From a virus: DNA of 35,205 nt. The notes beneath the pieces were generated by a model that ran no database searches, was not told the origin of the DNA, and was given only the letters and a program-made list of their open reading frames with translations. This document shows, one piece after another, positions 1-8,595 of the stretch (its first letter is position 1; each line of letters starts with the position of its first letter). The translations under genes were made by a program, and so were the position numbers. The DNA lies in the UHGV virus genome UHGV-0178511. One strand, 5' to 3'.

Positions 1-77
1 CACGGGAATATCTGCGGCAGCAGGCCAGTAATGGGTTAAGTGATAACAGGTGTCTGGAAATATAGGGGCAAATCCAC
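1..77. repeat. Terminal inverted repeat, left copy (exact reverse complement of 35128-35204)
   Basis: Reverse-complemented by hand base by base; identity stops at position 78 (t here versus g at 35127). Confidence 0.9.
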
Positions 78-465
78 TTGCAAAGCCTTTTGCTAGTGAT
101 TTTGAAACACTCATAAGTGTACTAATTCCCTCATCCTTAAAGTTTGTTTTTATAGCTTGCCAGACATCCTTTTGACGTAAGTCAGCAATAAAATCATGCC
201 CTCTTGCTGTCAACCTCAGTGGTACTTCGATCCAACTATATCCAACACCTTCCCCTAACGCTTTGGACAATATATGACCGAACCCAGGTTTTCCATCAAC
301 CCTGACTATTAATTCGTAGTCACATAATAATCGCATATGGAAAATAAAATCTTGGTCATATCTATTAAAGCCATTATCCTCTAGTTCACTAAGCATCGTG
401 TCAGGGCCACGAGTTTTTTCGAATGCGATAAGTAGATCTTTTAGATATTGCTGGTCTAATTTCAT
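1..465 (-). CDS. Hypothetical accessory protein, 3'-truncated by window edge; last 25 codons lie inside the terminal inverted repeat
   Basis: Not in ORF track because no stop in window. ATG at 465-463 with GGAGG about 7 nt upstream; open to position 1. Translation MKLDQQYLKDLLIAFEKTRGPDTMLSELEDNGF...[34 protein letters not shown]. Confidence 0.55.
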   Translation of the reverse strand, partial: MKLDQQYLKDLLIAFEKTRGPDTMLSELEDNGFNRYDQDFIFHMRLLCDYELIVRVDGKPGFGHILSKALGEGVGYSWIEVPLRLTARGHDFIADLRQKDVWQAIKTNFKDEGISTLMSVSKSLAKGFASGFAPIFPDTCYHLTHYWPAAADIPV

Positions 466-493
466 TGCCGCCTCCGTGACATGTCACAGAGAT

Positions 494-832
494 TTATATC
501 ATTAATTTTGTTTCGTGCCAGCCTTTGGTCACCCAGCATTGTGAGTCACCATTACACGGGCATGAATTAACAGGAACTCTCTCGCCGCACTTACCGCACC
601 GTTTTCTGCTGATCGATTTTATACGCCAGCGCACACGTGCATCATCCTGGCGGCTCAGTAACGCGATGTACTCACCAAACTCGCAAGGCGCACGCCTGAA
701 GCGACGCGTGGCACAGTTACGCTCCAGCATTTCAATTTCCTGAGCATCAAGTACAAGCTCCAGCTTACGCATACCGGATGATGCTTGCTTGGCTCTCTGA
801 TCGGCTTTGTGCTCTGTTGCTGATTTAGCCAT
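494..832 (-). CDS. Hypothetical Cys-rich protein (CxxC / CPC motifs), possible zinc ribbon
   Basis: 112-aa ORF in track; ends 28 bp upstream of the next minus-strand ORF start, operon-like. Function unknown. Confidence 0.45.
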   Translation of the reverse strand: MAKSATEHKADQRAKQASSGMRKLELVLDAQEIEMLERNCATRRFRRAPCEFGEYIALLSRQDDARVRWRIKSISRKRCGKCGERVPVNSCPCNGDSQCWVTKGWHETKLMI

Positions 833-1025
833 TCTGCTTTTCCTGCATCAGGAGAAAGACAATCATGGCGGCGCGGATACTTCCGGTATCTTTTTACGCG
901 ATATTCCCCTTCAATGGCACATACAAGAAGAGAGCCATCAACAGGAGTGATTGAGGAATCGACAACCAGCAACGCTTAATTATCTATAGTGTCGTATTTG
1001 CTTCATAAAATATGGCGAATAACAC

Positions 1026-1059
1026 AAAGCCCGCAGCAGCTCATTGTGCGGGCTTTTCT
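1026..1059. terminator. Candidate bidirectional intrinsic terminator
   Basis: Perfect 10-bp stem aaagcccgca/tgcgggcttt followed by a T-rich tract, just downstream of the minus-strand 1126-1740 gene. Confidence 0.4.
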
Positions 1060-1125
1060 TATACCTACTTCCTAGAGATAATTCTATGGAGGCATTAAAT
1101 CAATACTGTCATTGGTAATATCATA

Positions 1126-1740
1126 TTATCTAAAAGTCTTTCCACTTTTAACATCTAGGTATATTCTGTTCGACAACGTCATTCCTCCGCAATATGTGAA
1201 ATAGATGTTTTCACCCTTATTGCTTGATGCCATCCACCCTCCGATTTCCTTAAAATCGCTTTCCGTGCAGACCCCTTCATTTATTAACTTCCTAGCTGCC
1301 GAAGAAAACTCTTTTTTGTATATACGGTAGTCATCAGATCCTTTGATTAAAGTATCATCTCCGCTCGCATTTTCAGCAGGATCTGATGGCCTTTCACTGC
1401 TAAGATCACTAAGTTTAACCCATTCTGAAAACTTGCCATTAACGATTCCATTTTTTCTTGTGCAGGATTTATTACCTTCTTTAATATATTCGCTTTCCCC
1501 TCCAACACATGAGGCTGAATATGGCTCAGTTATACGAACCCATTCACCTTTTTTTTCTAGAAAATCTACGCCTTCCCTGAAAAATAGTTTCCCAGCCACT
1601 CCACATTTACTTGAAGGGCAGGTATGTCTTTCCGTTCGATCAACAACAACCCATAGTTTTGATTCATTTTTTGCCATTGCCGATGGTATTTGAGATGAGA
1701 CAATTAACGTAAGCCCTAAAATTAGTATTGATTTTTTCAT
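1126..1740 (-). CDS. Secreted Cys-rich protein with N-terminal signal peptide; moron-like accessory gene
   Basis: N-terminus MKKSILILGLTLIVSSQIPSAMA|KNE is a typical signal peptide with AxA site; visibly AT-rich relative to neighbours; AAGGA RBS; hairpin downstream. Confidence 0.6.
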   Translation of the reverse strand: MKKSILILGLTLIVSSQIPSAMAKNESKLWVVVDRTERHTCPSSKCGVAGKLFFREGVDFLEKKGEWVRITEPYSASCVGGESEYIKEGNKSCTRKNGIVNGKFSEWVKLSDLSSERPSDPAENASGDDTLIKGSDDYRIYKKEFSSAARKLINEGVCTESDFKEIGGWMASSNKGENIYFTYCGGMTLSNRIYLDVKSGKTFR

Positions 1741-2038
1741 TGTAATTTCCTTTTACTTTTTACAAAGCGTTTAATCATGGCTGATTATCTCTAAGTGTAG
1801 TAACAGCCTTGTGCGAAACATGTTACCAAATCGCCATTTCAGTGTATCCGCAGTTAGGCTGCCACTTCAAGGATTCCTAATTACATGGTACGTAAGCGTA
1901 AAATCCCGTTGGTTGGCGGGTAATAACTCTGATCAAATCTCCCTTGTCTTTTGCTCTTACGTATGCAGCTCTTGTGTATTCAACCCAGGCCTCCAGTTCA
2001 GCAATACGCTTACTTCCATCCGAGATAACACCTTCTAC

Positions 2039-2290
2039 TCACGCTGCTCGTTGAGTTTTGATTTTTGCTGTCTCCAGCTCAACACGCAGTTTCCCCACCG
2101 TTAGCGCAATATCCTCGTTCTCCTGGTCGCGGCGTTTGATGTATTGCTGGTTTCTTTCCCGTTCATCCAGCAGTGTCAGCACAATCGATGGTGTTACCAG
2201 CTCATGGAAAAGGTTCGCGTCAAATCCCCAGTTGTCAGGCATTGCCTGCTCTGCCGCTTCACGCAGTGCCTGAGAGTGAATTACGCTCAC
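2039..2290 (-). CDS. Hypothetical protein (ea-region)
   Basis: 83-aa ORF; stop overlaps the upstream gene start (ATGA coupling). Confidence 0.45.
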   Translation of the reverse strand: MSVIHSQALREAAEQAMPDNWGFDANLFHELVTPSIVLTLLDERERNQQYIKRRDQENEDIALTVGKLRVELETAKIKTQRAA

Positions 2291-2508
2291 TTCGAACCTC
2301 TCTGTTTACTGATAAGCTCCAGATCTTCCTGGCAACTTGCACAAGTCCGACAACCCTGAACGGCCAGGCGTCTTAGCTCATCTATGGGATCGCCACACTC
2401 ACAACAATGAGTGGCAGATACAGCCTGGTGGTTCAGGCGGCGCATTTTTATTGCTGTGTTGCGCTGTAATTCTTCAATTTCTGATGCTGAATCAATGATG
2501 TCTGCCAT
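2287..2508 (-). CDS. TraR/DksA-family C4 zinc-finger protein
   Basis: CxxC-x17-CxxC motif (CCECGD...CRTCASC) in a 73-aa ORF, typical of the phage TraR/DksA family. Confidence 0.6.
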   Translation of the reverse strand: MADIIDSASEIEELQRNTAIKMRRLNHQAVSATHCCECGDPIDELRRLAVQGCRTCASCQEDLELISKQRGSK

Positions 2509-2606
2509 CTTCCATTAATCCCTGAATTGTTGGTTAATACGCTTGGGGGTAAATGCGAGCAATAAAAAAGGAGCCTGTAGCTCCCTGATAATTTTGCTTT
2601 TCATGT

Positions 2607-2822
2607 TCATCGTTCCTTAAAGACGCCGTTTAACATGCCGATTGCCAGGCTTAAATGAGTCGGTGTGAATCCCATCAGCGTTACCGTTTCGCGGTGCTTC
2701 TTCAGTACGCTACGGCAAATGTCATCGACGTTTTTATCCGGAAACTGCTGTCTGGCTTTTTTGATTTCAGAATTAGCCTGACGGGCAATGCTGCGAAGGG
2801 CGTTTTCTTGCTGAGGTGTCAT
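2607..2822 (-). CDS. Lambda orf61-like small protein
   Basis: Start taken at internal Met (MTPQQENALRS...); position immediately left of the orf63/orf60a/exo block as in lambda. Confidence 0.5.
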   Translation of the reverse strand: MTPQQENALRSIARQANSEIKKARQQFPDKNVDDICRSVLKKHRETVTLMGFTPTHLSLAIGMLNGVFKER

Positions 2823-2898
2823 TGAACAAGCCCCATGTCGGCAAGCATAAGCACACAGAATATGAAGCCCGCTGCCAGAAAAATGCATTCAGTGGTTG

Positions 2899-3090
2899 TC
2901 ATACCTGGTCTCTCTCATCTGCTTCTGCTTTCGCCACCATCATTTCCAGCTTTTGTGAAAGGGATGCGGCTAACGTATGAAATTCTTCGTCTGTTTCTAC
3001 TGGTATTGGCACAAACCTGACTCCAATTTGAGCGAGGCTATGTGCCATCTCGATACTCGTTCTTAACTCAACGGGAGATGCTTTGTGCAT
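2899..3090 (-). CDS. Lambda orf63-like small protein
   Basis: 63-aa ORF; overlapping arrangement with neighbours as in lambda. Confidence 0.5.
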   Translation of the reverse strand: MHKASPVELRTSIEMAHSLAQIGVRFVPIPVETDEEFHTLAASLSQKLEMMVAKAEADERDQV

Positions 3091-3251
3091 ACAGCTCCCC
3101 GTTTATTATTTATCTCCTCAGCCAGCCGCTGTGCTTTCAGGGGATTTCTGATAACAGAAAGGCCGGGAAATACCCAGCCTCGCTTTGTAACGGAGTAGAC
3201 GAAAGTGATCGCACCTACCCGGATATTATCGTGAGGATGCTTCATCGCCAT
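3063..3251 (-). CDS. Lambda orf60a-like small protein
   Basis: 62-aa ORF overlapping the exo start by 10 bp, as in lambda. Confidence 0.45.
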   Translation of the reverse strand: MAMKHPHDNIRVGAITFVYSVTKRGWVFPGLSVIRNPLKAQRLAEEINNKRGAVCTKHLPLS

Positions 3252-3922
3252 TGCTCCCCAAATACAAAACCAATTTCAGCCAGTGCCTCGTCCATTTTTT
3301 CGATGAACTCCGGCACCATCTCGTCAAAACTCGCCATGTACTTTTCATCCCGCTCAACCACGACATAATGCAGGCCTTCACGCTTCATACGCGGGTCATA
3401 GTTGGCAAAGTACCAGGCATCTTTTCGCGTCACCCACATGCTGTACTGCACCTGGGCCATGTAAGCCGACTTTATGGCCTCGAAACCACCGAGCCGGAAC
3501 TTCATGAAATCCCGGGAGGTAAACGGGCATTTCAGCTCAAGGCCATTGCCGTCACTGCATAAACCATCGGGAGAGCAGGCGGTACGCATACTTTCGTCGC
3601 GATAGATGATCGGGGATTCAGTAACATTCACGCCGGAAGTGAATTCAAACAGAGTTCTGGCGTCGTTCTCGTACTGTTTTCCCCATGCCAGCGCCTTAGC
3701 ATTAACTTCCGGAGCCACACCGGTGCAAACCTCAGCCAGCAGGGTGTGGAAGTAGGACATTTTCATGTCAGGCCACTTTTTTCCGGAGCGGGGTTTTGCT
3801 ATCACATTGTGAACTTCTGAAGCGGTGATGACGCCGAGCCGTAATTTGTGCCACGCATCATCCCCCTGTTCGACAGCTCTCACGTCGATTCCGGTACGCT
3901 GCAGGATAATGTCCGGTGTCAT
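3242..3922 (-). CDS. exo: Lambda Exo (Red alpha) 5'-3' exonuclease
   Basis: 226 aa, [40 protein letters not shown]...; recalled as near-identical to lambda Exo. Confidence 0.95.
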   Translation of the reverse strand: MTPDIILQRTGIDVRAVEQGDDAWHKLRLGVITASEVHNVIAKPRSGKKWPDMKMSYFHTLLAEVCTGVAPEVNAKALAWGKQYENDARTLFEFTSGVNVTESPIIYRDESMRTACSPDGLCSDGNGLELKCPFTSRDFMKFRLGGFEAIKSAYMAQVQYSMWVTRKDAWYFANYDPRMKREGLHYVVVERDEKYMASFDEMVPEFIEKMDEALAEIGFVFGEQWR

Positions 3923-4704
3923 GCAGCCACCTTCTGCTCAGTGGCTTTCTGTTTCAGGAATCCAAGAGCTTTCACTGCTTCGGCCTGTGTCAGTTCTGAC
4001 GATGCGCGAATGTCGCGGCGAAATATCTGGGAACAGAGCGGCAATAAGTCGTCATCCCATGTTTTATCCAGGGCAATCAGCAGAGTGTTAATCTCCTGCA
4101 TGGTTTCATCGTTAACCGGAGTGATGTCGCGTTCCGGCTGACGTTCTGCAGTGTATGCGGTATTTTCGACAATGCGCTCGGCTTCATCCTTGTCATAGAT
4201 ACCAGCAAATCCGAAGGCGAGACGGGCACACTGAATCATGGCTTTATGCCGTAACATCCGTTTGGGATGCGACTGCCACGGCCCCGTGATTTCTCTGCCT
4301 TCGCGGGTTTTGAATGGTTCGCGGCGGCATTCATCCATCCACTCGGTAACGCAGATCGGATGATTGCGGTCCTTGCGGTAAATCCGGCATGTGCAGGATT
4401 CATTGTCCTGCTCAAAGTCCATGCCATCAAACTGCTGGTTTTCATTGATGATACGGGACCAGCCATCAACGCCCACCACCGGAACGATGCCGTTCTGCTT
4501 GTCAGGGAAGGCGTAAATTTCTTTCGTCCACGGATTAAGGCCGTACTGGTTGGCGACGATCAGCAATGCGATGAACTGCGCATCGCTGGCATCACCTTTA
4601 AATGCCGTCTGGCGAAGAGTGGTGATCAGTTCCTGTGGGTCGACAGAATCCATGCCGACGCGTTCAGCCAGCTTCCCAGCCAGCGTTGCGAGTGCTGTAC
4701 TCAT
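3919..4704 (-). CDS. bet: Lambda Bet (Red beta) single-strand annealing protein
   Basis: 261 aa, [37 protein letters not shown]...; overlaps exo start by 4 bp. Confidence 0.95.
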   Translation of the reverse strand: MSTALATLAGKLAERVGMDSVDPQELITTLRQTAFKGDASDAQFIALLIVANQYGLNPWTKEIYAFPDKQNGIVPVVGVDGWSRIINENQQFDGMDFEQDNESCTCRIYRKDRNHPICVTEWMDECRREPFKTREGREITGPWQSHPKRMLRHKAMIQCARLAFGFAGIYDKDEAERIVENTAYTAERQPERDITPVNDETMQEINTLLIALDKTWDDDLLPLCSQIFRRDIRASSELTQAEAVKALGFLKQKATEQKVAA

Positions 4705-4709
4705 CCGTT

Positions 4710-5126
4710 TTATACCTCTGAATCAATATCAACCTGGTGGTGAGCAATGGTTTCAACCATGTACCGGATGTGTTCTGCCATGCGCTCCTGAAACTCAACA
4801 TCGTCATCAAACGCACGGGTAATGGCTTTTTTGCTGGCCCCGTGGCGTTGTAAATGATCGATGCAGAGTGATTCAAACAGGTGCTGGGGCAGACCTTTTT
4901 CCATGTCGTCTGCCAGTTCTGCCTCTTTCTCTTCACGGGCGATCTGCTGGTAGTGACGCGTCCAGCTCTGAGCCTCAAGACGATCCTGAATGTAATAAGC
5001 GTTCATGGCTGAACTCCTGAAATAGCTGTGAAAATATCGCCCGCGAAATGCCGGGCTGATTAGGAAAACAGGAAAGGGGGTTAGTGAATGCTTTTGCTTG
5101 ATCTCAGTTTCAGTATTAATATCCAT
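4710..5126 (-). CDS. gam: Lambda Gam, RecBCD inhibitor
   Basis: 138 aa, [55 protein letters not shown]... Confidence 0.95.
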   Translation of the reverse strand: MDINTETEIKQKHSLTPFPVFLISPAFRGRYFHSYFRSSAMNAYYIQDRLEAQSWTRHYQQIAREEKEAELADDMEKGLPQHLFESLCIDHLQRHGASKKAITRAFDDDVEFQERMAEHIRYMVETIAHHQVDIDSEV

Positions 5127-5224
5127 TTTTTATAAGCGTCGACGGCCTCACGAAACATCTTTTCATCGCCAATAAAAGTGGCGATAGTGAATTTAGTCTG
5201 GATAGCCATAAGTGTTTGATCCAT
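5081..5224 (-). CDS. kil: Kil (host cell division inhibitor)
   Basis: 47-aa product [47 protein letters not shown] from the internal Met of ORF 5081..5350; overlaps gam as in lambda. Confidence 0.8.
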   Translation of the reverse strand: MDQTLMAIQTKFTIATFIGDEKMFREAVDAYKKWILILKLRSSKSIH

Positions 5225-5357
5225 TTTTTGGGACTCCTGGCTGATTAAGTATGTCGATAAGGCGTTTCCATCCGTCACGTAATTTACGGGTGATTCGTTC
5301 AAGTAAAGATTCGGAAGGGCAGCCAGCAACAGGCCACCCTGCAATGGCATATTGCAT
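5193..5357 (-). CDS. cIII: CIII (FtsH inhibitor, stabilises CII)
   Basis: 54-aa ORF below the track's 60-aa cutoff: [54 protein letters not shown]; ATG at 5357-5355, stop at 5195-5193, overlapping kil. Confidence 0.8.
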   Translation of the reverse strand: MQYAIAGWPVAGCPSESLLERITRKLRDGWKRLIDILNQPGVPKNGSNTYGYPD

Positions 5358-5429
5358 GGTGTGCTCCTTATTTATACATAACGAAAAACGCCTCGAGTGA
5401 AGCGTTATTGGTATGCGGTAACGCCGCGC

Positions 5430-5798
5430 TCAGGCGGCTTTGATAGTCATATCATCTGAATCAAATATTCCTGATGTATCGATATCGGTAATTCTTATTC
5501 CTTCGCTACCATCCATTGGAGGCCATCCTTCCTGACCATTTCCATCATTCCAGTCGAACTCACACACAACACCATATGCATTTAAGTCGCTTGAAATTGC
5601 TATAAGCAGAGCATGTTGCGCCAGCATGATTAATACAGCATTTAATACAGAGCCGTGTTTATTGAGTCGGTATTCAGAGTCTGACCAGAAATTATTAATC
5701 TGGTGAAGTTTTTCCTCTGTCATTACGTCATGGTCGATTTCAATTTCTATTGATGCTTTCCAGTCGTAATCAATGATGTATTTTTTGATGTTTGACAT
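5430..5798 (-). CDS. ea10: Ea10-like early protein
   Basis: 122-aa ORF immediately promoter-distal to cIII, same position and length as lambda ea10. Confidence 0.65.
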   Translation of the reverse strand: MSNIKKYIIDYDWKASIEIEIDHDVMTEEKLHQINNFWSDSEYRLNKHGSVLNAVLIMLAQHALLIAISSDLNAYGVVCEFDWNDGNGQEGWPPMDGSEGIRITDIDTSGIFDSDDMTIKAA

Positions 5799-5816
5799 CT
5801 ATTCATATCCTCACAG

Positions 5817-5844
5817 ATAAAAAATCGCCCTCACATTGGAGGGC
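5817..5844 (-). terminator. Intrinsic terminator in the pL operon (tL-like), upstream of ea10
   Basis: On minus strand, stem gccctc/gagggc with 6-nt loop followed by a T-run. Confidence 0.45.
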
Positions 5845-6058
5845 AAAGAAGATTTCCAATAATCAGAACAAGTCGGCTCCTGTTTAGTTACGAGCGACAT
5901 TGCTCAGTGTATTCACTCGTTGGAATGAATACACAGTGCAGTGTTTATTAGTATGCCTGTCTTTTAACCACATCAGGCTCGGTGGTTCTCGTGTACCCCT
6001 ACAGCGAGAAATCGGATAAACTCTATTCACCCCTACAGAGAGCAAAAGAGAAACGCCG

Positions 6059-6640
6059 ATGAACAACTCATGGTGGCAGGAACTAATGCATTTTTTCCTG
6101 CAAGGAATGACACTTAAACAGTTGATTCATATGCTAATCATCCTGATCATATTGATTATTATTATGCCTGTAAGCGTAAAAGAATGGATAAACCTGCATA
6201 ATCCAGAAATCCTTCCTCATTACTGGATGTATTACATCCTGTTGTTTTGCGTTAGCTATGTGCTTAACGGCGTTGTTAATTCCGCTTATCACGCTGTGAC
6301 TGAAAGAATTGAGATATTCGCTGCTCAGAAGCGCAAATCTAAAGAAGAGAAATACGTGCAAGATTTGTTTGATTCGTTAACTCTTGGAGAAAGAGCGTAT
6401 TTGGCATTCGCTGTAGCCGCTAATAACCAGCTAAAGACAGAAAAGGGAAGCCCTGAAGCAATCTCATTGCTCGAAAAAGGGCTTCTTATTCGGGTACCTT
6501 CTGCTACTGGATATCCTGAAATCGACCGTTTTGTTATCCCGGAACGCTATAGAAATGAGTGCTACATTAGGTTTGCTGGGAAGAAAGACAGTCTTATGGA
6601 TGAACTTATCGCTCAGGATAAGCATGGCAAAAACAAGTAA
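6059..6640 (+). CDS. sieB: Superinfection exclusion protein B
   Basis: 193 aa with strongly hydrophobic segment LIHMLIILIILIIIMPVSV; recalled as lambda/P22 SieB. Convergent with N. Confidence 0.85.
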   Translation: MNNSWWQELMHFFLQGMTLKQLIHMLIILIILIIIMPVSVKEWINLHNPEILPHYWMYYILLFCVSYVLNGVVNSAYHAVTERIEIFAAQKRKSKEEKYVQDLFDSLTLGERAYLAFAVAANNQLKTEKGSPEAISLLEKGLLIRVPSATGYPEIDRFVIPERYRNECYIRFAGKKDSLMDELIAQDKHGKNK

Positions 6641-6656
6641 TTAGCAAATTAATTTA

Positions 6657-6929
6657 TCATCTCGCCGTCAGTTGTTTTGATTTCCGGTAGCCTGCCGCGT
6701 AAATGGCTACGTTTGGCAGGCAAATACTTCCACTGCATTCATCTGCCTTCTTGCAGCGAAGGCTTCCGAGTGATGCTGCTTTGTCTGCTCTGACGCAACC
6801 AGAGAGCTTTAGCGCAATTTTTCGCGCCAGTGCTTCATTACTGCGTCGCTCGGCAATAAGTTCTGCTCTGCGAGCTTTGTAGCGGCTTTTTGCCGTACCT
6901 TTGGATTCTTTCCAGACAATGGTTACCAT
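6657..6929 (-). CDS. N: N-family transcription antiterminator with phage-21-type arginine-rich motif
   Basis: GTAKSRYKARRAELIAERR matches the phage 21 N boxB-binding peptide as I recall it; C-terminus resembles P22 gene 24. Start at the Met before VTIVWKE (ORF extends to 6959). Confidence 0.8.
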   Translation of the reverse strand: MVTIVWKESKGTAKSRYKARRAELIAERRSNEALARKIALKLSGCVRADKAASLGSLRCKKADECSGSICLPNVAIYAAGYRKSKQLTAR

Positions 6930-7039
6930 GATGGTCTCCTTTAAGTGGCTTTGGCGCATGACGCGTCGAGGTGCTTATCTTCTCGATCGCTGTCTTGCAG
7001 CTGCAATTCGCGCCATCCCCAAAACCACTCAAGTTCTGG

Positions 7040-7080
7040 TCTCAACGGTTAGGTTGAGAGTCCGTCGATGTTAAAGAGCC
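7040..7080 (-). promoter_or_regulatory. nutL (boxA plus phage-21-type boxB hairpin)
   Basis: Minus strand reads GGCTCTTTAACA (boxA-like) then tctcaac-ctaacc-gttgaga hairpin (boxB). Confidence 0.6.
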
Positions 7081-7125
7081 TGCCAATCTGTTCCGTTTGG
7101 CTTCCAGCGTCCTGCTGATGGCTTA

Positions 7126-7154
7126 AATTTAAGACTTCTTAATTTATTGGTCAA
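7126..7154 (-). promoter_or_regulatory. pL promoter with overlapping P22-type operator
   Basis: Minus strand TTGACC, 17-nt spacer, TAAATT; operator-like palindrome ATTTAAGActtCTTAATT overlaps. Confidence 0.5.
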
Positions 7155-7220
7155 GTGCATTTTTGAAGAAAACTTAATTTTATGGGCGTGAATTTAGTTT
7201 GTCTTTGATTTTTAACGGGA

Positions 7221-7243
7221 AATAAAAAAGGGGCGAAAGCCCC
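7221..7243 (-). terminator. Intrinsic terminator immediately downstream of c2
   Basis: ggggc-gaaa-gcccc hairpin followed by a T-run on the minus strand, directly after the c2 stop. Confidence 0.5.
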
Positions 7244-7894
7244 TTAAGGAAGGTTTGCTAGCTTGGCATCAACGACAACGCCAATGATTTTACAGTTCCC
7301 ATTGATTTCAATCATTGGGTATTGTGGATTGAGTGGTTTCAGGAATTTTCTACCGGCATCAATAACTAACTTTTTGAATGTCGCCTCGTTTTCCCCTTCA
7401 AGTTTGGCGACTACCAGCTTTCCATTACGTGGTTCGACTTCTGGGTCGACGAGAATAATCATCCCCTCAGGAATACTCAGTCCTGCCGGGGCAGTCATTG
7501 AATCGCCTTTAACGTCGAGCCAAAAAGAGTCTTCAGAACAATCTACCGTTGTGTCGTACCAGTTATCTATTGCACGCCTATGATATGGCTCTACAGCTTC
7601 CATCCAACATCCTGCGCTTACCCAACTAATTAGAGGATACGAACCTCTTGGATCATGCCTGCTGTGATAGGCAATGTTTGAAAGACTATCCTCTCCTTTC
7701 AACAGGTAATCAGGGGAGCACTGCAAAGCCTTGGCTAAGGCCAATAGGTTTTCGCCATTGGGCTCAGTTTCAGATCGCTCCCATTGGGAAATAGCAACAT
7801 TAGACACGCCAACCATCTTGCCAAGGGCAGCCTGCCTAATCTTGAGTTCTTTTCTGCGAGCGCGAATACGCTCACCCATCAGTTGTGTATTCAT
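7244..7894 (-). CDS. c2: P22 C2-type prophage repressor (HTH plus S24 autocleavage domain)
   Basis: 216 aa, MNTQLMGERIRARRKELKIRQAALGKMVGVSNVAISQWERSETEPNGENL...; recalled as near-identical to P22 C2. Confidence 0.95.
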   Translation of the reverse strand: MNTQLMGERIRARRKELKIRQAALGKMVGVSNVAISQWERSETEPNGENLLALAKALQCSPDYLLKGEDSLSNIAYHSRHDPRGSYPLISWVSAGCWMEAVEPYHRRAIDNWYDTTVDCSEDSFWLDVKGDSMTAPAGLSIPEGMIILVDPEVEPRNGKLVVAKLEGENEATFKKLVIDAGRKFLKPLNPQYPMIEINGNCKIIGVVVDAKLANLP

Positions 7895-7974
7895 AGTTAA
7901 GACATCTTAAATAAACTTGACTTAAGATTCCTTTGGTGGATAATTTAAGTGTTCTTTAATTTCGGAGCGAGTCT
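7895..7974. promoter_or_regulatory. OR operators with divergent pR/pRM
   Basis: P22-type operator palindromes (AGTTAAGacatCTTAAAT; ATTTAAGtgttCTTTAAT); pR -35 TTGACT and -10 GATAAT with 16-nt spacing. Confidence 0.6.
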
Positions 7975-8160
7975 ATGTACAAAAAAGATGTTATTGACCA
8001 CTTCGGAACCCAGCGTGCTGTTGCTAAAGCACTAGGCATTAGCGATGCAGCAGTCTCTCAGTGGAAAGAAGTTATCCCAGAGAAAGACGCCTATCGATTG
8101 GAAATCGTTACAGCTGGCGCCCTGAAGTATCAAGAAAGTGCTTACCGCCAAGCGGCATAA
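7975..8160 (+). CDS. cro: Cro repressor (P22 type)
   Basis: 61 aa, MYKKDVIDHFGTQRAVAKALGISDAAVSQWKEVIPEKDAYRLEIV... Confidence 0.9.
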   Translation: MYKKDVIDHFGTQRAVAKALGISDAAVSQWKEVIPEKDAYRLEIVTAGALKYQESAYRQAA

Positions 8161-8166
8161 GCAAAT

Positions 8167-8208
8167 TGCTCTTTAACAGTTCTGGCCTTTCACCTCTAAC
8201 CGGGTGAG
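8167..8208 (+). promoter_or_regulatory. nutR (boxA TGCTCTTTAACA plus boxB hairpin)
   Basis: boxA followed by ttCACCTCtaaccGGGTGAG, which I recall as phage-21-type nutR boxB. Confidence 0.6.
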
Positions 8209-8275
8209 CAAACATCAGCGGCAAATCCATTGGGTGTGCCGCTATAACTCAATATCAATATAGGAAAATTAACAA

Positions 8276-8572
8276 ATGGCACAAGCAAGCTACAGCAAGC
8301 CAACACAGCGAGAAATTGATCGCGCTGAAACTGATTTACTCATCAACCTGTCAACGCTTACCCAGCGCGGTCTGGCAAAGATGATTGGCTGTCATGAATC
8401 GAAGATAAGCAGAACGGACTGGAGATTTATTGCTTCGGTCTTGTGTGCTTTCGGAATGGCATCAGACATCAGTCCGATTAGCAGGGCTTTTAAGTATGCG
8501 CTTGATGAAATCACAAAGAAAAAATCCCCGGCCGCCACCGAGGATTTTAAGCAAATTGATATGCAATTCTGA
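8276..8572 (+). CDS. c1: CII-family transcriptional activator (P22 c1-like)
   Basis: 98 aa; C-terminus [18 protein letters not shown] parallels lambda CII KKRPAATERSEQIQMEF. Confidence 0.8.
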   Translation: MAQASYSKPTQREIDRAETDLLINLSTLTQRGLAKMIGCHESKISRTDWRFIASVLCAFGMASDISPISRAFKYALDEITKKKSPAATEDFKQIDMQF

Positions 8573-8595
8573 GGGAATTACTGGATCAATCCACA
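8517..8595 (-). ncRNA. Candidate OOP-like antisense RNA overlapping the 3' end of the cII-like gene
   Basis: On minus strand a hairpin plus T-run sits inside the last codons of the cII-like gene, as lambda OOP does; 5' end and promoter not confidently located. Confidence 0.35.

Noticed and set aside
1-77. Terminal inverted repeat interpreted as covalently closed hairpin telomeres (N15-type linear prophage)
   Set aside because: No protelomerase or partition genes, and the repeats are coding sequence shared by two genes rather than a palindromic telomere site; an inverted duplication or assembly break is more plausible.
525-743. Plus-strand ORF-track entries overlapping minus-strand genes in 494-5350 (e.g. 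525..743, 1343..1693, 1811..2104, 3251..3562, 3825..4141, 4267..4743, 4550..4822)
   Set aside because: They lie antisense to well-supported genes (exo, bet, gam and the signal-peptide gene), lack RBS context and have low-complexity translations; treated as shadow ORFs.
655-972. Alternative 105-aa minus-strand ORF overlapping ORF 494..832
   Set aside because: Less protein-like translation and it overlaps the better ORF. Kept 494..832, but with modest confidence.
1741-1810. Independent promoter for the secreted-protein moron
   Set aside because: A GATAAT -10-like hexamer exists upstream but no convincing -35; too weak to list as a feature.
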